A stretch of 64,000 bases of DNA, taken from IMG/VR virus record IMGVR_UViG_3300046170_000470; one strand, given 5' to 3'. Below are positions 1 through 8,689 of the stretch, piece by piece (position 1 is the first letter of the stretch; each line of letters opens with the position of its first letter). The stretch is from a virus. Made by a program: the position numbers and the translations under genes. The notes beneath the pieces are model-generated. The model was not told the DNA's origin, searched no databases, and saw nothing but the letters and a program-made list of their open reading frames with translations.

Positions 1-156
1 TCAATAAATAAGAAGCATCATAAAATTACTCAAGATTATGATAAGCAAAAAAGTAAGCATTTAGAAAAATTAACTGATAAAATGCTTAAAAATGATGAAA
101 AAGCAAACCAATTAAAATCAAAAACAATGAAAGGTGACTTTCTAAAAAACTTTTAA
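1..156 (+). CDS. hypothetical protein, 5' partial
   Basis: Open frame from base 1 to TAA at 154-156 (…KTMKGDFLKNF). Confidence 0.5.
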   Translation, partial: SINKKHHKITQDYDKQKSKHLEKLTDKMLKNDEKANQLKSKTMKGDFLKNF

Positions 157-158
157 TT

Positions 159-474
159 ATGAAATTTAAACACAATTGGCAATTCGATACAACAGAAGAA
201 TTAGAGGAAATATTTGGGGGGTGAATCAAAAGAATTACATGATTTAATAGTTGATATAGCTTTAGGTAACTTAAAAACTAAAAGAAAACAAATTCCAGTG
301 GTATCAATTTATACTAAAGATGAAGATATAACTTATGATATTATGATCGATAGGGTTGATATGGTTGAAACCTTAGAACAAAATCTCCAATCCATGGAAG
401 ATTTTGAAGATTATGAGCGATGTCAAAAAATTGTTAACGCTCTAGATTATTTGAAATCAAAATCTCAATTATGA
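159..474 (+). CDS. hypothetical protein with C-terminal UvrB/UvrC (UVR)-like motif; one-base frameshift in G-run near 216-221
   Basis: ATG at 159 reads MKFKHNWQFDTTEELEEIFG and joins the 214..474 ORF (GESKEL…) if one G is removed; EDFEDYERCQKI resembles the UVR motif. Confidence 0.6.
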
Positions 475-1046
475 AAAATTTATTTAAAAATTTGTTTATT
501 ATTTTAGGTTTATCCTTATTGATGGCTTTTACTAACTATACTCGTCCTAAAAAGTCACCTATTAATACTATATTAAGTGCCCCTGTAGTAAAGATAGATA
601 CAAAAATTAAACTAGAAGAAATTAAAATAAAAGGCCATACGGCCTTTTTAACTGCTCTAGGTCATAGAGAATCAGGCAATAGATATCATGTAGTTAACCG
701 TTTTGGTTATATGGGTAAATATCAATTTGGTAAATCAACATTAAAAACATTAAAGATTAAAGTCACCAAAGAAGAGTTTTTAAATAATCCTAATTTGCAG
801 GAAGAAGCAATGAGAAAATTACTTATATATAATAAAAAACGTCTTAAAAAATATATAGATAAGTTTGATGGGCAAGTAATAAATGGTATATTAATCACCG
901 AATCAGGATTATTAGCTGCGGCACACTTAGGGGGTGCTGGTAGTGTTAAAAAATGGTTCAGAACTGGAAAAATAAAACAAGATGGTAATGGTGTAAAAAT
1001 AACTCAATACATGGAGCAATTTTCTGGTTATATCTTATATTTATAA
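471..1046 (+). CDS. lysozyme-like/lytic transglycosylase with N-terminal hydrophobic segment
   Basis: LGHRESGNRY catalytic Glu motif, GKYQFG and LLAAAHLGGAG motifs; N-terminal LFIILGLSLLMAF. Confidence 0.75.
   Translation: MKNLFKNLFIILGLSLLMAFTNYTRPKKSPINTILSAPVVKIDTKIKLEEIKIKGHTAFLTALGHRESGNRYHVVNRFGYMGKYQFGKSTLKTLKIKVTKEEFLNNPNLQEEAMRKLLIYNKKRLKKYIDKFDGQVINGILITESGLLAAAHLGGAGSVKKWFRTGKIKQDGNGVKITQYMEQFSGYILYL
1037..1046 (+). promoter_or_regulatory. late-type promoter motif ATATTTATAA
   Basis: Same 10-mer found upstream of many structural genes; 11 nt before ATG 1058. Confidence 0.5.
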
Positions 1047-1057
1047 TCAAAAAGATT

Positions 1058-1192
1058 ATGGCAAGAGTAGTTGTAGGTGATTATAAACCGAATAAAAGAA
1101 AAAAACGACCTGGGATACACGCAAAAAGCAAATCCAGTAAAATGAAACAAAGTAAAAACTATGTTAAACAGTACAAGGGACAAGGGAAATAG
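1058..1192 (+). CDS. small basic protein (44 aa)
   Basis: MARVVVGDYKPNKRKKRPGIHAKSKSSKMKQSKNYVKQYKGQGK; below the ORF-track cutoff. Confidence 0.6.
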   Translation: MARVVVGDYKPNKRKKRPGIHAKSKSSKMKQSKNYVKQYKGQGK

Positions 1193-1346
1193 AATGAATG
1201 TAACAGTAACAAGCTTATTTAATCATATGACCGATGCTGATTTTTTGGCATTACATGAAGCGGGTGAGCTAAAAAATTTCTGTTGGGCTTTATCTGTAGA
1301 TCTACAATCTAAAAAAAATGAAAAAGATTATACTTACTCAGCATGA
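1161..1346 (+). CDS. hypothetical protein (start probably near 1194)
   Basis: ORF track; fits the tight gene packing. Confidence 0.45.
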   Translation: MLNSTRDKGNRMNVTVTSLFNHMTDADFLALHEAGELKNFCWALSVDLQSKKNEKDYTYSA

Positions 1347-1512
1347 ATGGTATGATGCCATGAAACTTCCTACACCTCACAGAAATAGGAAGAAATATAG
1401 ACGCAAAGAAAAGCATAAGAAAAATGGGAACCAATTTGGTTCCCATAATTATTTTTCATATATTTACAGAGTAAAATTAAGGTTATGGCTCTTTGGGAAT
1501 TTAGAAATTTAA
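1318..1512 (+). CDS. hypothetical basic protein
   Basis: ORF track; 3' end overlaps a promoter, so the C-terminus is uncertain. Confidence 0.4.
   Translation: MKKIILTQHEWYDAMKLPTPHRNRKKYRRKEKHKKNGNQFGSHNYFSYIYRVKLRLWLFGNLEI
1435..1467 (+). promoter_or_regulatory. early promoter TTTGG-N19-TATATTTAC, overlapping the hairpin at 1424-1446
   Basis: Matches the Bacteroidota sigmaA -33 TTTG / -7 TAnnTTTG layout; recurs with identical spacing. Confidence 0.75.
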
Positions 1513-1925
1513 ATAAATATGGTAATTACAGAAAACGAATTATCCATACTGAAGGTGCATTAAGTATACCTAGTAGTGGGTTTGGTCCCTCTGTATTAGC
1601 AAATAGGTTTAAATACAAATATGAACATCCTGTTATGCCACCAATGATTTGGAAAAATAATGGCAAAACATATTTGATGCCATTATGGCAAGAAGTAGTT
1701 GATGGTACTACAGTTGATGATATAGAATGGGTTAAGCCAAAACCTAAGGTTAAGCAAGAACCTATTATTGAAACTCATACTAGTAGTAGCAATGCAGATA
1801 AAACGTATAAAACAGTATATTACCCCGAATCAGGTAAGTTTTATTGTGATTGTCCAGGTAGATGGAGAGCGTTTGATAACCGTTGTAAACACATAAAAGC
1901 ATTAGAATTAAAAATAAATAAATAG
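1485..1925 (+). CDS. SWIM zinc-finger protein
   Basis: FYCDCPG…CKHI (CxC-xn-CxH). Confidence 0.8.
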   Translation: MALWEFRNLNKYGNYRKRIIHTEGALSIPSSGFGPSVLANRFKYKYEHPVMPPMIWKNNGKTYLMPLWQEVVDGTTVDDIEWVKPKPKVKQEPIIETHTSSSNADKTYKTVYYPESGKFYCDCPGRWRAFDNRCKHIKALELKINK

Positions 1926-1932
1926 AGGTTAT

Positions 1933-2343
1933 ATGGATAAATTAATTGTTAAATTTGAAGGTAAAGAAGAACCAACAGTATATAATATTGTTACTTTTCT
2001 TAAAAATAAATCAAAATCAAAAGAAGTATTATTTAGTAATGTTCAAGATTTGATTAGACACCCTTTAACTGAATGGCATGAAATAGTACATGCTGAAGTA
2101 ACTCGTGGTGAAGGTGATGGTGAATCAAAACCATATGAATCCAAATATGAAAAAGAAAATATAGCATTACCTAAAGAAATGGCTAAAGAAATTGTTGAGG
2201 TAGCCACTTCACTTAAAGGTTGTACTATTGATTTTGTTAATAGATGTAATAAAGTATTAAATTTTGATTTACATAAAAAACTAAATAATAAATACGGATT
2301 TACAGGTGCTAAACGTTTATATAATATATTTAAATTAAATTAA
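1933..2343 (+). CDS. hypothetical protein
   Basis: ORF track; AGGTTAT leader. Confidence 0.65.
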   Translation: MDKLIVKFEGKEEPTVYNIVTFLKNKSKSKEVLFSNVQDLIRHPLTEWHEIVHAEVTRGEGDGESKPYESKYEKENIALPKEMAKEIVEVATSLKGCTIDFVNRCNKVLNFDLHKKLNNKYGFTGAKRLYNIFKLN

Positions 2344-2345
2344 TT

Positions 2346-2729
2346 ATGGCTGAAAATAGAGGTAGACCAAGTGAAAATGTAGTTAAACTTACAAAATGGA
2401 ATCTAGATACAGATGATTCTATATGGAAATATGATATGGATAAGTCAACCAATGGTCCTTATTCAGTAGAACAAAAATTTCAAGCTGGAAATAAACCAAA
2501 GAAGCTTAAAATTGACCAAAAATCCTATGGTAAACATCCTGTAGTGATGGTATTTAAAACATCAAATCGTTCTAATGCTAAAACCAAAATTAAAGTATTT
2601 AATAAAAATATAGATTATATTTTAAGTGCTAAAAAATTACCTGGTGTACCTGAGAAGGCAGAAATAATTGATTTAGCTGTTGGTAAATCATTTATATCTA
2701 AATATAAACAAAAATATAATTTAGCTTAA
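2346..2729 (+). CDS. hypothetical basic protein
   Basis: ORF track; N-terminal RGRP (AT-hook-like). Confidence 0.65.
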   Translation: MAENRGRPSENVVKLTKWNLDTDDSIWKYDMDKSTNGPYSVEQKFQAGNKPKKLKIDQKSYGKHPVVMVFKTSNRSNAKTKIKVFNKNIDYILSAKKLPGVPEKAEIIDLAVGKSFISKYKQKYNLA

Positions 2730-2736
2730 TCTTTAT

Positions 2737-2746
2737 ATATTTATAA
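2737..2746 (+). promoter_or_regulatory. late-type promoter motif ATATTTATAA
   Basis: Intergenic, upstream of ATG 2773. Confidence 0.6.
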
Positions 2747-2772
2747 CAAAATATTAATCAATTAATTATCAA

Positions 2773-3054
2773 ATGAAAACAATTTTAGTTATTTTAGTTT
2801 TATTAGTAGCAGCAGCTGCAGTATATTATTTCGGGTTTTATAAAAAAGGAAAAATTAATGATCGTGATGGCGATTTTATTCCTGATGAAGTAGAAGATGC
2901 AGTTGAAGATGTAAAAGAAGTTGCTAAAGAAGTAAAACGCAGAGCCAAAAACGTTAAAAAAGAACTTAAAGACGTAGTAGAACAATCTAAAGATGTAGTT
3001 GATGCTGCAAAGGGGAAAAAACGTAGAGGTAGAAAACCAAAATCTAAAAAATAA
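2773..3054 (+). CDS. membrane-anchored coiled-coil protein
   Basis: N-terminal TM helix, DRDGDFIPDE, basic tail. Confidence 0.7.
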   Translation: MKTILVILVLLVAAAAVYYFGFYKKGKINDRDGDFIPDEVEDAVEDVKEVAKEVKRRAKNVKKELKDVVEQSKDVVDAAKGKKRRGRKPKSKK

Positions 3055-4091
3055 TGAGCAAATATAATTTAATAGACATTTACGAGCAATACCAAATCGG
3101 TTCAGGTTGGACCACAGATTTTGATTATGATGGAATGTTAATGGCTGGGCTAAAAGCAGGAGTTGATACTGATATTGAAATCCTAAAGAAAATGTCTGAT
3201 GATTTTGAAGATGTTAACTATCATAGAGAAAATAACCACTTACAAAATGCTATTGAGGCGTTAGAAGATGGTGCTACTAAAGAAGCAGCTATGTTTTTTG
3301 GAGATTTTCATGCTGAAATTAAACAAACTATTAAAGACCAAGGTATGGATATTGAACCAACAGTAGGTAAATTTATGGCTTCTAAAATGGAAGAGGGTGA
3401 AGAAGTAACTGAAACTGAAGAAGTGGAAGAAGTATCTTCACGTGAAGGTTCTCGTATTGAAGGTTTACTTAGTATTCCTTTAAAAGCTAAATTCTTAGAA
3501 GCATTTCAAGATTTATATTTTGATTTAGTTGAAGAAGATCCATTCATGGCTGAAGATGTAGTTGATCATTTAGGTATTGAAATGTTAAAACATTTAGATG
3601 CTATCCAAGCTCAAGGTGATAAATTAGCTGGTGTAAATACAGATGCTGACTTTGAAAGAGAGCAAAGAATGCAAATGAGTATGAGAGAAGAAAAAATGTC
3701 TCTAGAAGATATAGTTAAGTCAACTAAAGTTGATGGCACTATGGAAGATTTAGAAAAAGCAGTAATGGTTAAAGCTAAAAAATCAGGTTTAGATGTTACG
3801 GATAAAGAAGTTGAAGATGCAGTTGAAAAACATGCTGATATGGCTTTGGGCTTAATGGAAGAGATAGGTCCTACTGGAATTGCAGTGTCACAAAAACAAC
3901 TTGATGATCTTGAAAAACTTGGAGCTATTTCTGGGTTAGAAGTAACTGTTCAAGACAAAGATGGATCAAATGTACGAAAAGTAGATTATACCTTAACTAA
4001 TACAGACTTTAAAAAAGGTGATGATGATTATGATTATCTAGAAGAAGGTCTAAAAGAACACTTCGGTCGTTTCATGAAAGATTATCAATAA
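3054..4091 (+). CDS. acidic protein, possible internal head protein
   Basis: 345 aa, very E/D-rich, downstream of a late motif. Confidence 0.6.
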   Translation: MSKYNLIDIYEQYQIGSGWTTDFDYDGMLMAGLKAGVDTDIEILKKMSDDFEDVNYHRENNHLQNAIEALEDGATKEAAMFFGDFHAEIKQTIKDQGMDIEPTVGKFMASKMEEGEEVTETEEVEEVSSREGSRIEGLLSIPLKAKFLEAFQDLYFDLVEEDPFMAEDVVDHLGIEMLKHLDAIQAQGDKLAGVNTDADFEREQRMQMSMREEKMSLEDIVKSTKVDGTMEDLEKAVMVKAKKSGLDVTDKEVEDAVEKHADMALGLMEEIGPTGIAVSQKQLDDLEKLGAISGLEVTVQDKDGSNVRKVDYTLTNTDFKKGDDDYDYLEEGLKEHFGRFMKDYQ

Positions 4092-4115
4092 AATAATTTA
4101 AAATAGATTAAAGAT

Positions 4116-4150
4116 AATGCGGTATCCATTTGGTTACCGCATTTTTTTTT
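4116..4150 (+). terminator. intrinsic terminator overlapping an early promoter
   Basis: AATGCGGTA…TACCGCATT stem followed by a T-run. Confidence 0.75.
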
Positions 4151-4161
4151 CGTATATTTAC
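4129..4161 (+). promoter_or_regulatory. early promoter TTTGG-N19-TATATTTAC
   Basis: Exact motif and spacing. Confidence 0.8.
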
Positions 4162-4198
4162 CATGTTGATAATTAAGTCAACGCATTAAATAAAGGTT

Positions 4199-4345
4199 AT
4201 GAACGAACAATTTATTAAAGCAATTACAATTGCAATTGACAAAAAAATGATTACTGCCGACCAAGGGTTTGAGATCATTAGAGAGCAAAGTACTGAGCGT
4301 ACTAGTGTTATTAACGAAACTATAGGTTTCAACCAAAAAAGATAG
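4199..4345 (+). CDS. microprotein (48 aa)
   Basis: TAAAGGTT-ATG leader; MNEQFIKAITIAIDKKMIT…. Confidence 0.6.
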   Translation: MNEQFIKAITIAIDKKMITADQGFEIIREQSTERTSVINETIGFNQKR

Positions 4346-4347
4346 TT

Positions 4348-4635
4348 ATGAAAACATTTGACGATTTAAAATTTACAAAACATAAAGTTACTAAAAAAGC
4401 TATTATGGCATCACTTGAACTTAAACCTAATGTGTTTATATCAGTAGTTGCAGGTGAAGGAATGTACAGTACATCTAGAAAAGGTGTTAGAGCCGAATGT
4501 ACTAAAGTTGAAGATGCTTCTTCATTTGAAGTTGCCATCATAGATGAAAATTTACCTGATGATGAGCAGCAATGGGATGTTAATGGTTGGCAAACGAGAG
4601 AAGATATTAATAAATTAATAATTGAGAACTCATGA
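4348..4635 (+). CDS. hypothetical protein
   Basis: ORF track, operonic. Confidence 0.7.
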   Translation: MKTFDDLKFTKHKVTKKAIMASLELKPNVFISVVAGEGMYSTSRKGVRAECTKVEDASSFEVAIIDENLPDDEQQWDVNGWQTREDINKLIIENS

Positions 4636-4868
4636 GTAAAGATAAAAGATATGTAGTGACAATGGATATGTATGTTTATGCTGATAGTGATTATATGGCT
4701 AAGAAACGAGCACATGATTTAAAATTATCAATTGAGAATAGACGCCATTCAGATCAGGTTACAGTAACTGAAATTGGTGAGCAACCGTTTGCTTCTATGG
4801 AATATAGAAAATTAGATGATCTTACATTTATGTCTAAAGATTTGTCTAACAAACCGTTACCATTTTAA
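4632..4868 (+). CDS. hypothetical protein
   Basis: ORF track, ATGA overlap. Confidence 0.65.
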   Translation: MSKDKRYVVTMDMYVYADSDYMAKKRAHDLKLSIENRRHSDQVTVTEIGEQPFASMEYRKLDDLTFMSKDLSNKPLPF

Positions 4869-5003
4869 TATGATAAAACAAGGAGATAAAATATTAGTAT
4901 ACGAAGATAAAATTAAAGTAGTATTTGGCATTCATACAAATGGAAACCCATTAATTAAAAATGGAGATACATTATGTCAAGTACCCTTAGATAAATGTAG
5001 AAA

Positions 5004-5378
5004 ATGGTAGCAGACCAAATTTTAAAAATAGCAAATAGGGTATACCCTAAAATTAGGGAATATTATGGTTTAGGTAAAAAAGAATACCCACAAATCGAAG
5101 TACATAAAAATATTCTAGTTAGATTAAGTGGTGAGCCTGAGGCTGAAGGTGAACCCGCCGATGCTGAATTTGATCGTAAAGAAAATAAATTATTTATCTA
5201 TTCAGATTACAATAATAGCGTTGAAGATATAATCAGAGGGATTATTCATGAATATGTTCATTATTTACAATCTGGTTCTTGGATGAAAAGGTATTACAAT
5301 ATGGGTTACAAATATGGTAATCATCCTTATGAAATATCAGCTAAAAAAGCAGAAGAAAATTGGAAGATGTTTGCATAA
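5004..5378 (+). CDS. zincin-type metallopeptidase-like protein
   Basis: IIHEYVHYLQ (HExxH) and downstream HPYEISA. Confidence 0.7.
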   Translation: MVADQILKIANRVYPKIREYYGLGKKEYPQIEVHKNILVRLSGEPEAEGEPADAEFDRKENKLFIYSDYNNSVEDIIRGIIHEYVHYLQSGSWMKRYYNMGYKYGNHPYEISAKKAEENWKMFA

Positions 5379-5381
5379 AAA

Positions 5382-5414
5382 TTTGGCTACCCGGGCTAGG
5401 GTTCGTATATTTAC
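5382..5414 (+). promoter_or_regulatory. early promoter TTTGG-N19-TATATTTAC
   Basis: Exact motif and spacing. Confidence 0.8.
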
Positions 5415-5456
5415 CACGTTGATGCAGTTAAGTATCACATTAAAACAATAAAGGTT

Positions 5457-6203
5457 ATGAATGCACAGTTAGATTTATTTAAAGGTTTAGTTTTGACAAC
5501 AGAACAACAAGAACAAATTGATAGTTTTATCAAACGCCAAACTTTAAATGCTGGTGAAGCAGATAGGAATGTTGGTAGAATTATGATGATGCTTGATGAA
5601 GCAGGATTTGTTCAAGGTGTTGATTATGATAGTAATTTTGAGGTTTACGAAGTTACTAAAGAAAGAGAATTTGGTTATTCTTATAATAATACTAATTTTG
5701 AATATGAAGTTACTTATATGAATGCTGTAGGTGGTGTTTATCTAATTGTTGATACTATTAAAGAAGGTAAGATAGTAAAATATAATACTCCCGTTAGTAG
5801 AGAAGGTAATAAATTAATGTGTACTAGTATTACTGAGCAGTACAGATATTATAAGCCAAGTACATTACTTACTAAACTTAAAGAAAGTAGAAAAGCTAAA
5901 ATACAAGAACTTAGTAGACAAAATAAAGAGCAAGTATGTTTAGATTATACAGTTGCTAAATACCAGAAATTATATCCTGAAGCTACAGTTAAAGTAGGTT
6001 CTGATTATTATAAAGGATATAACGGACGTAGTTACGATCAATTTAAAATAGTAGTAATTAAATTCAAATCAGGTAGTAGTGTTACTTTTAAATTGGGTTA
6101 TGATTATGATCTTGATTCAGAAAGATTACATAAGAGATATGATGCTCAAGAAGAAACTGTTGAGCAATCATTAGAAAGATTTAACAATCAAAAAGCTAAA
6201 TAA
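5457..6203 (+). CDS. hypothetical protein
   Basis: 248 aa ORF with TAAAGGTT-ATG leader. Confidence 0.75.
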   Translation: MNAQLDLFKGLVLTTEQQEQIDSFIKRQTLNAGEADRNVGRIMMMLDEAGFVQGVDYDSNFEVYEVTKEREFGYSYNNTNFEYEVTYMNAVGGVYLIVDTIKEGKIVKYNTPVSREGNKLMCTSITEQYRYYKPSTLLTKLKESRKAKIQELSRQNKEQVCLDYTVAKYQKLYPEATVKVGSDYYKGYNGRSYDQFKIVVIKFKSGSSVTFKLGYDYDLDSERLHKRYDAQEETVEQSLERFNNQKAK

Positions 6204-6204
6204 T

Positions 6205-6378
6205 ATGGCATTAGAAAATAAACCATTTAAAGTTACAGTAGAACATTGGGATGAAAAAATCACAGTAGAGAAAGATCATAGTGATGTTACATGGGATGAA
6301 TTTGTAGAGATGTTAAGAACTGTATCTAGAGGAGTAGGATATAGTCAAGAAGGTATAGATGAATTATTTGGATCTTAA
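6205..6378 (+). CDS. hypothetical small protein (57 aa)
   Basis: MALENKPFKVTVEHWDEK… fills the gap between neighbours. Confidence 0.55.
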   Translation: MALENKPFKVTVEHWDEKITVEKDHSDVTWDEFVEMLRTVSRGVGYSQEGIDELFGS

Positions 6379-6386
6379 TAAATAAT

Positions 6387-6695
6387 ATGAAAAATAAATT
6401 ATTAAAAATTAAAAAGTATTATGATGTTGAATTCACTGAGGATTGGAAACAAGGTCTTGATTGGTATATCTACAGTGAAACTACAGCAGATGGGTATGAA
6501 GTATATGTTTCACATGATAGTAAATCCCCAATGTGTATAAATGATAATGTATTTTATTACGATAATGATTTATCAGATGAATTAGGATATAAAGTAATTG
6601 ATGATGATATATTCCAAATATACGTTGATGATATGGATTCATATTGGTTTGAAGATGCAATAAATGATTTAATTAACGCAAAAGAGGATGAATAA
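6387..6695 (+). CDS. hypothetical acidic protein
   Basis: ORF track. Confidence 0.65.
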   Translation: MKNKLLKIKKYYDVEFTEDWKQGLDWYIYSETTADGYEVYVSHDSKSPMCINDNVFYYDNDLSDELGYKVIDDDIFQIYVDDMDSYWFEDAINDLINAKEDE

Positions 6696-6954
6696 GGCAG
6701 ATACATTTCAACTCCCAGATTGGTTTAATGGTGAAGTTTATGATGAAGGTGAGACCGTTACTAACCCATTTAGTGGTGAGGAGTATACATTAAATAATAT
6801 TGAGCTATCAATGTATGATTTTATAGTAGGTAGCCAATATGTAATGGAAATATCTTCTAAATTTATGAATGAAAAAAGTATAAGTGAGTTTAATAAGGCA
6901 TTAAAGTGGTTTAGAGAGACTAACCCAGAAGCATATAAAATTTTATTAGATTAA
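6688..6954 (+). CDS. hypothetical protein
   Basis: ORF track. Confidence 0.65.
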   Translation: MNKADTFQLPDWFNGEVYDEGETVTNPFSGEEYTLNNIELSMYDFIVGSQYVMEISSKFMNEKSISEFNKALKWFRETNPEAYKILLD

Positions 6955-6956
6955 TT

Positions 6957-7547
6957 ATGAGTAAAAAAATATATAAAGAGTTAGGCAAACCTATAATTGA
7001 TTTTACTCTAAATAAAAATAATTGGGAGTATTTTGATCACCCAAACCATGAAAAGGGGTTCGTTTTAGGTATAATTAACTTAAATATTATTAATGAAAAA
7101 CTAAACAAAGCAGGTTTTCCATATTCCAGTTTATTTGAACTTGAAAAACAAATAGTTAGTAATTATGGGTTAGATGTTAATAAAATACAAAAATGTACTA
7201 TGTTGGGTATATTTTTATCATACTCAGAAGAAGGCCATATAGTACATGAACATAAAGATAGACCTTTAGTATGGTATCCAAAAATAGATGGGTACTATGA
7301 TTATGATAATCCTAATAAAAAGGATATTGAAAGCATTAGATTTAATATTTTACTTCAAAAACCAAAAAACGGGGGTGACCCCATTATTAATAAAGAAAAA
7401 ATAGATGTTGATGAGTTTGAAACTTGGGTTTGTCCCGCGAGTAAATATTACCATACAACCACTGAAGTTAAAGGAGATATACCTAGAATAGTAGTTAGTT
7501 TTGGGTATTATTTAAATAGTAAAGAAAGAAATAAAATCAAAATATGA
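6957..7547 (+). CDS. 2OG-Fe(II) oxygenase superfamily protein
   Basis: HEHKD (HxD), RFNILLQKP…GG, distal H (YYHTT) and PRIVVSFG. Confidence 0.75.
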   Translation: MSKKIYKELGKPIIDFTLNKNNWEYFDHPNHEKGFVLGIINLNIINEKLNKAGFPYSSLFELEKQIVSNYGLDVNKIQKCTMLGIFLSYSEEGHIVHEHKDRPLVWYPKIDGYYDYDNPNKKDIESIRFNILLQKPKNGGDPIINKEKIDVDEFETWVCPASKYYHTTTEVKGDIPRIVVSFGYYLNSKERNKIKI

Positions 7548-7771
7548 AAGTAAAAAAACAAGTTTTACATTATTGCTTGGATCAAGCAAAAAGTTTTTAT
7601 AAATTGGGTGAACGTGATAAGGCAAGAGATTATTGTGATATGGGAATTGGTTACGTAGCAGCCAAAAAAGAAGATGGTTGGGACGGAGAAGACCTAATTG
7701 AAGATGTTAAAATTAACTTATGGTTAGAACGTTTTTGGATGTTTTTAGAAAATAAAAATTTAATGTTGTGA
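7544..7771 (+). CDS. hypothetical protein
   Basis: ORF track. Confidence 0.6.
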   Translation: MKVKKQVLHYCLDQAKSFYKLGERDKARDYCDMGIGYVAAKKEDGWDGEDLIEDVKINLWLERFWMFLENKNLML

Positions 7772-7920
7772 GTAGGATAGAAGAATTAGTATATAGTGCC
7801 CATGAACATGGTAAACGAACTGACTTATTTGATAAGGTTACTAGAATTAAAACCCAAAACCCAAATATGAAGTTAGAGGATGTTTATGATAGAGCATACC
7901 AACAAGTAATGAATACATAA
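7768..7920 (+). CDS. hypothetical small protein (50 aa)
   Basis: GTG start overlapping the previous stop; MSRIEELVYSAHEHG…. Confidence 0.5.
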   Translation: MSRIEELVYSAHEHGKRTDLFDKVTRIKTQNPNMKLEDVYDRAYQQVMNT

Positions 7921-7922
7921 AT

Positions 7923-8300
7923 ATGAAGTTTGCATTAATAGCACATGATAACAAGAAAGCAGATATGGTTGCTTTTGTATCAAAAAGATTAGATTTTTTT
8001 AATAAAAAGGATGTACAAATTGTTACTACTGGAACCACAGGTAAAAAAGTTAAACATGCAGGGATAAAGAATGTTGAAACTGTTAACTCTGGACCAATTG
8101 GGGGTGATGCCGAGATAGCTGCTATGGTAGTAAGAGGAGAAATAACCGCAGTACTTTTTATGAGGGATCCGTTAGATAAGCATCCACATGATGTTGATAT
8201 TAATATGTTAATGAGACTTTGTGATGTTCATGATATCCCTCTTGCTACTAACTATAAAACTGCTAGTATTTTAATTAAGTGGTATAAAAAAATATTTTAA
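7923..8300 (+). CDS. mgsA: methylglyoxal synthase
   Basis: ALIAHDNKK, TGTTG, SGPIGGD, RDPL, PHDVD, RLCDVHDIPLATN: all MGS signature motifs. Confidence 0.95.
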   Translation: MKFALIAHDNKKADMVAFVSKRLDFFNKKDVQIVTTGTTGKKVKHAGIKNVETVNSGPIGGDAEIAAMVVRGEITAVLFMRDPLDKHPHDVDINMLMRLCDVHDIPLATNYKTASILIKWYKKIF

Positions 8301-8648
8301 ATGGATTATAATAAATTATTATTAGGAGTATTTTGGTTTACGTTAGGCCATATAGCTGTATTTTTCCAACTTAATGGTCAATTTAAGTGGGTATGGTTTA
8401 AACAAAATGAATTTTTATTAGCTTGTTGTGGGTTAGTTATTTCTTTTTTTTATATTTGGGGCACAAAATATACAGTAGAAGGATTTAATGGATTATTATG
8501 GCCAACTAGATTTGTAGGTTTTGCTATTGGGATATCTACTTATGCTGTTGGGGTTAGTTATTTCTTTAAAGAGGGAATTACAACCAAAACTTTAATTAGT
8601 TTGATTTTATGTTTAACTCTAATTTCAGTTCAAGTTTTATGGAAATAA
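8301..8648 (+). CDS. small four-TM membrane protein (SMR/DMT-like size and topology)
   Basis: 115 aa with four hydrophobic segments. Confidence 0.55.
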   Translation: MDYNKLLLGVFWFTLGHIAVFFQLNGQFKWVWFKQNEFLLACCGLVISFFYIWGTKYTVEGFNGLLWPTRFVGFAIGISTYAVGVSYFFKEGITTKTLISLILCLTLISVQVLWK

Positions 8649-8689
8649 ACCGTACTATTAAATTATCTTTAAGTAATTAAAAAAATAAA

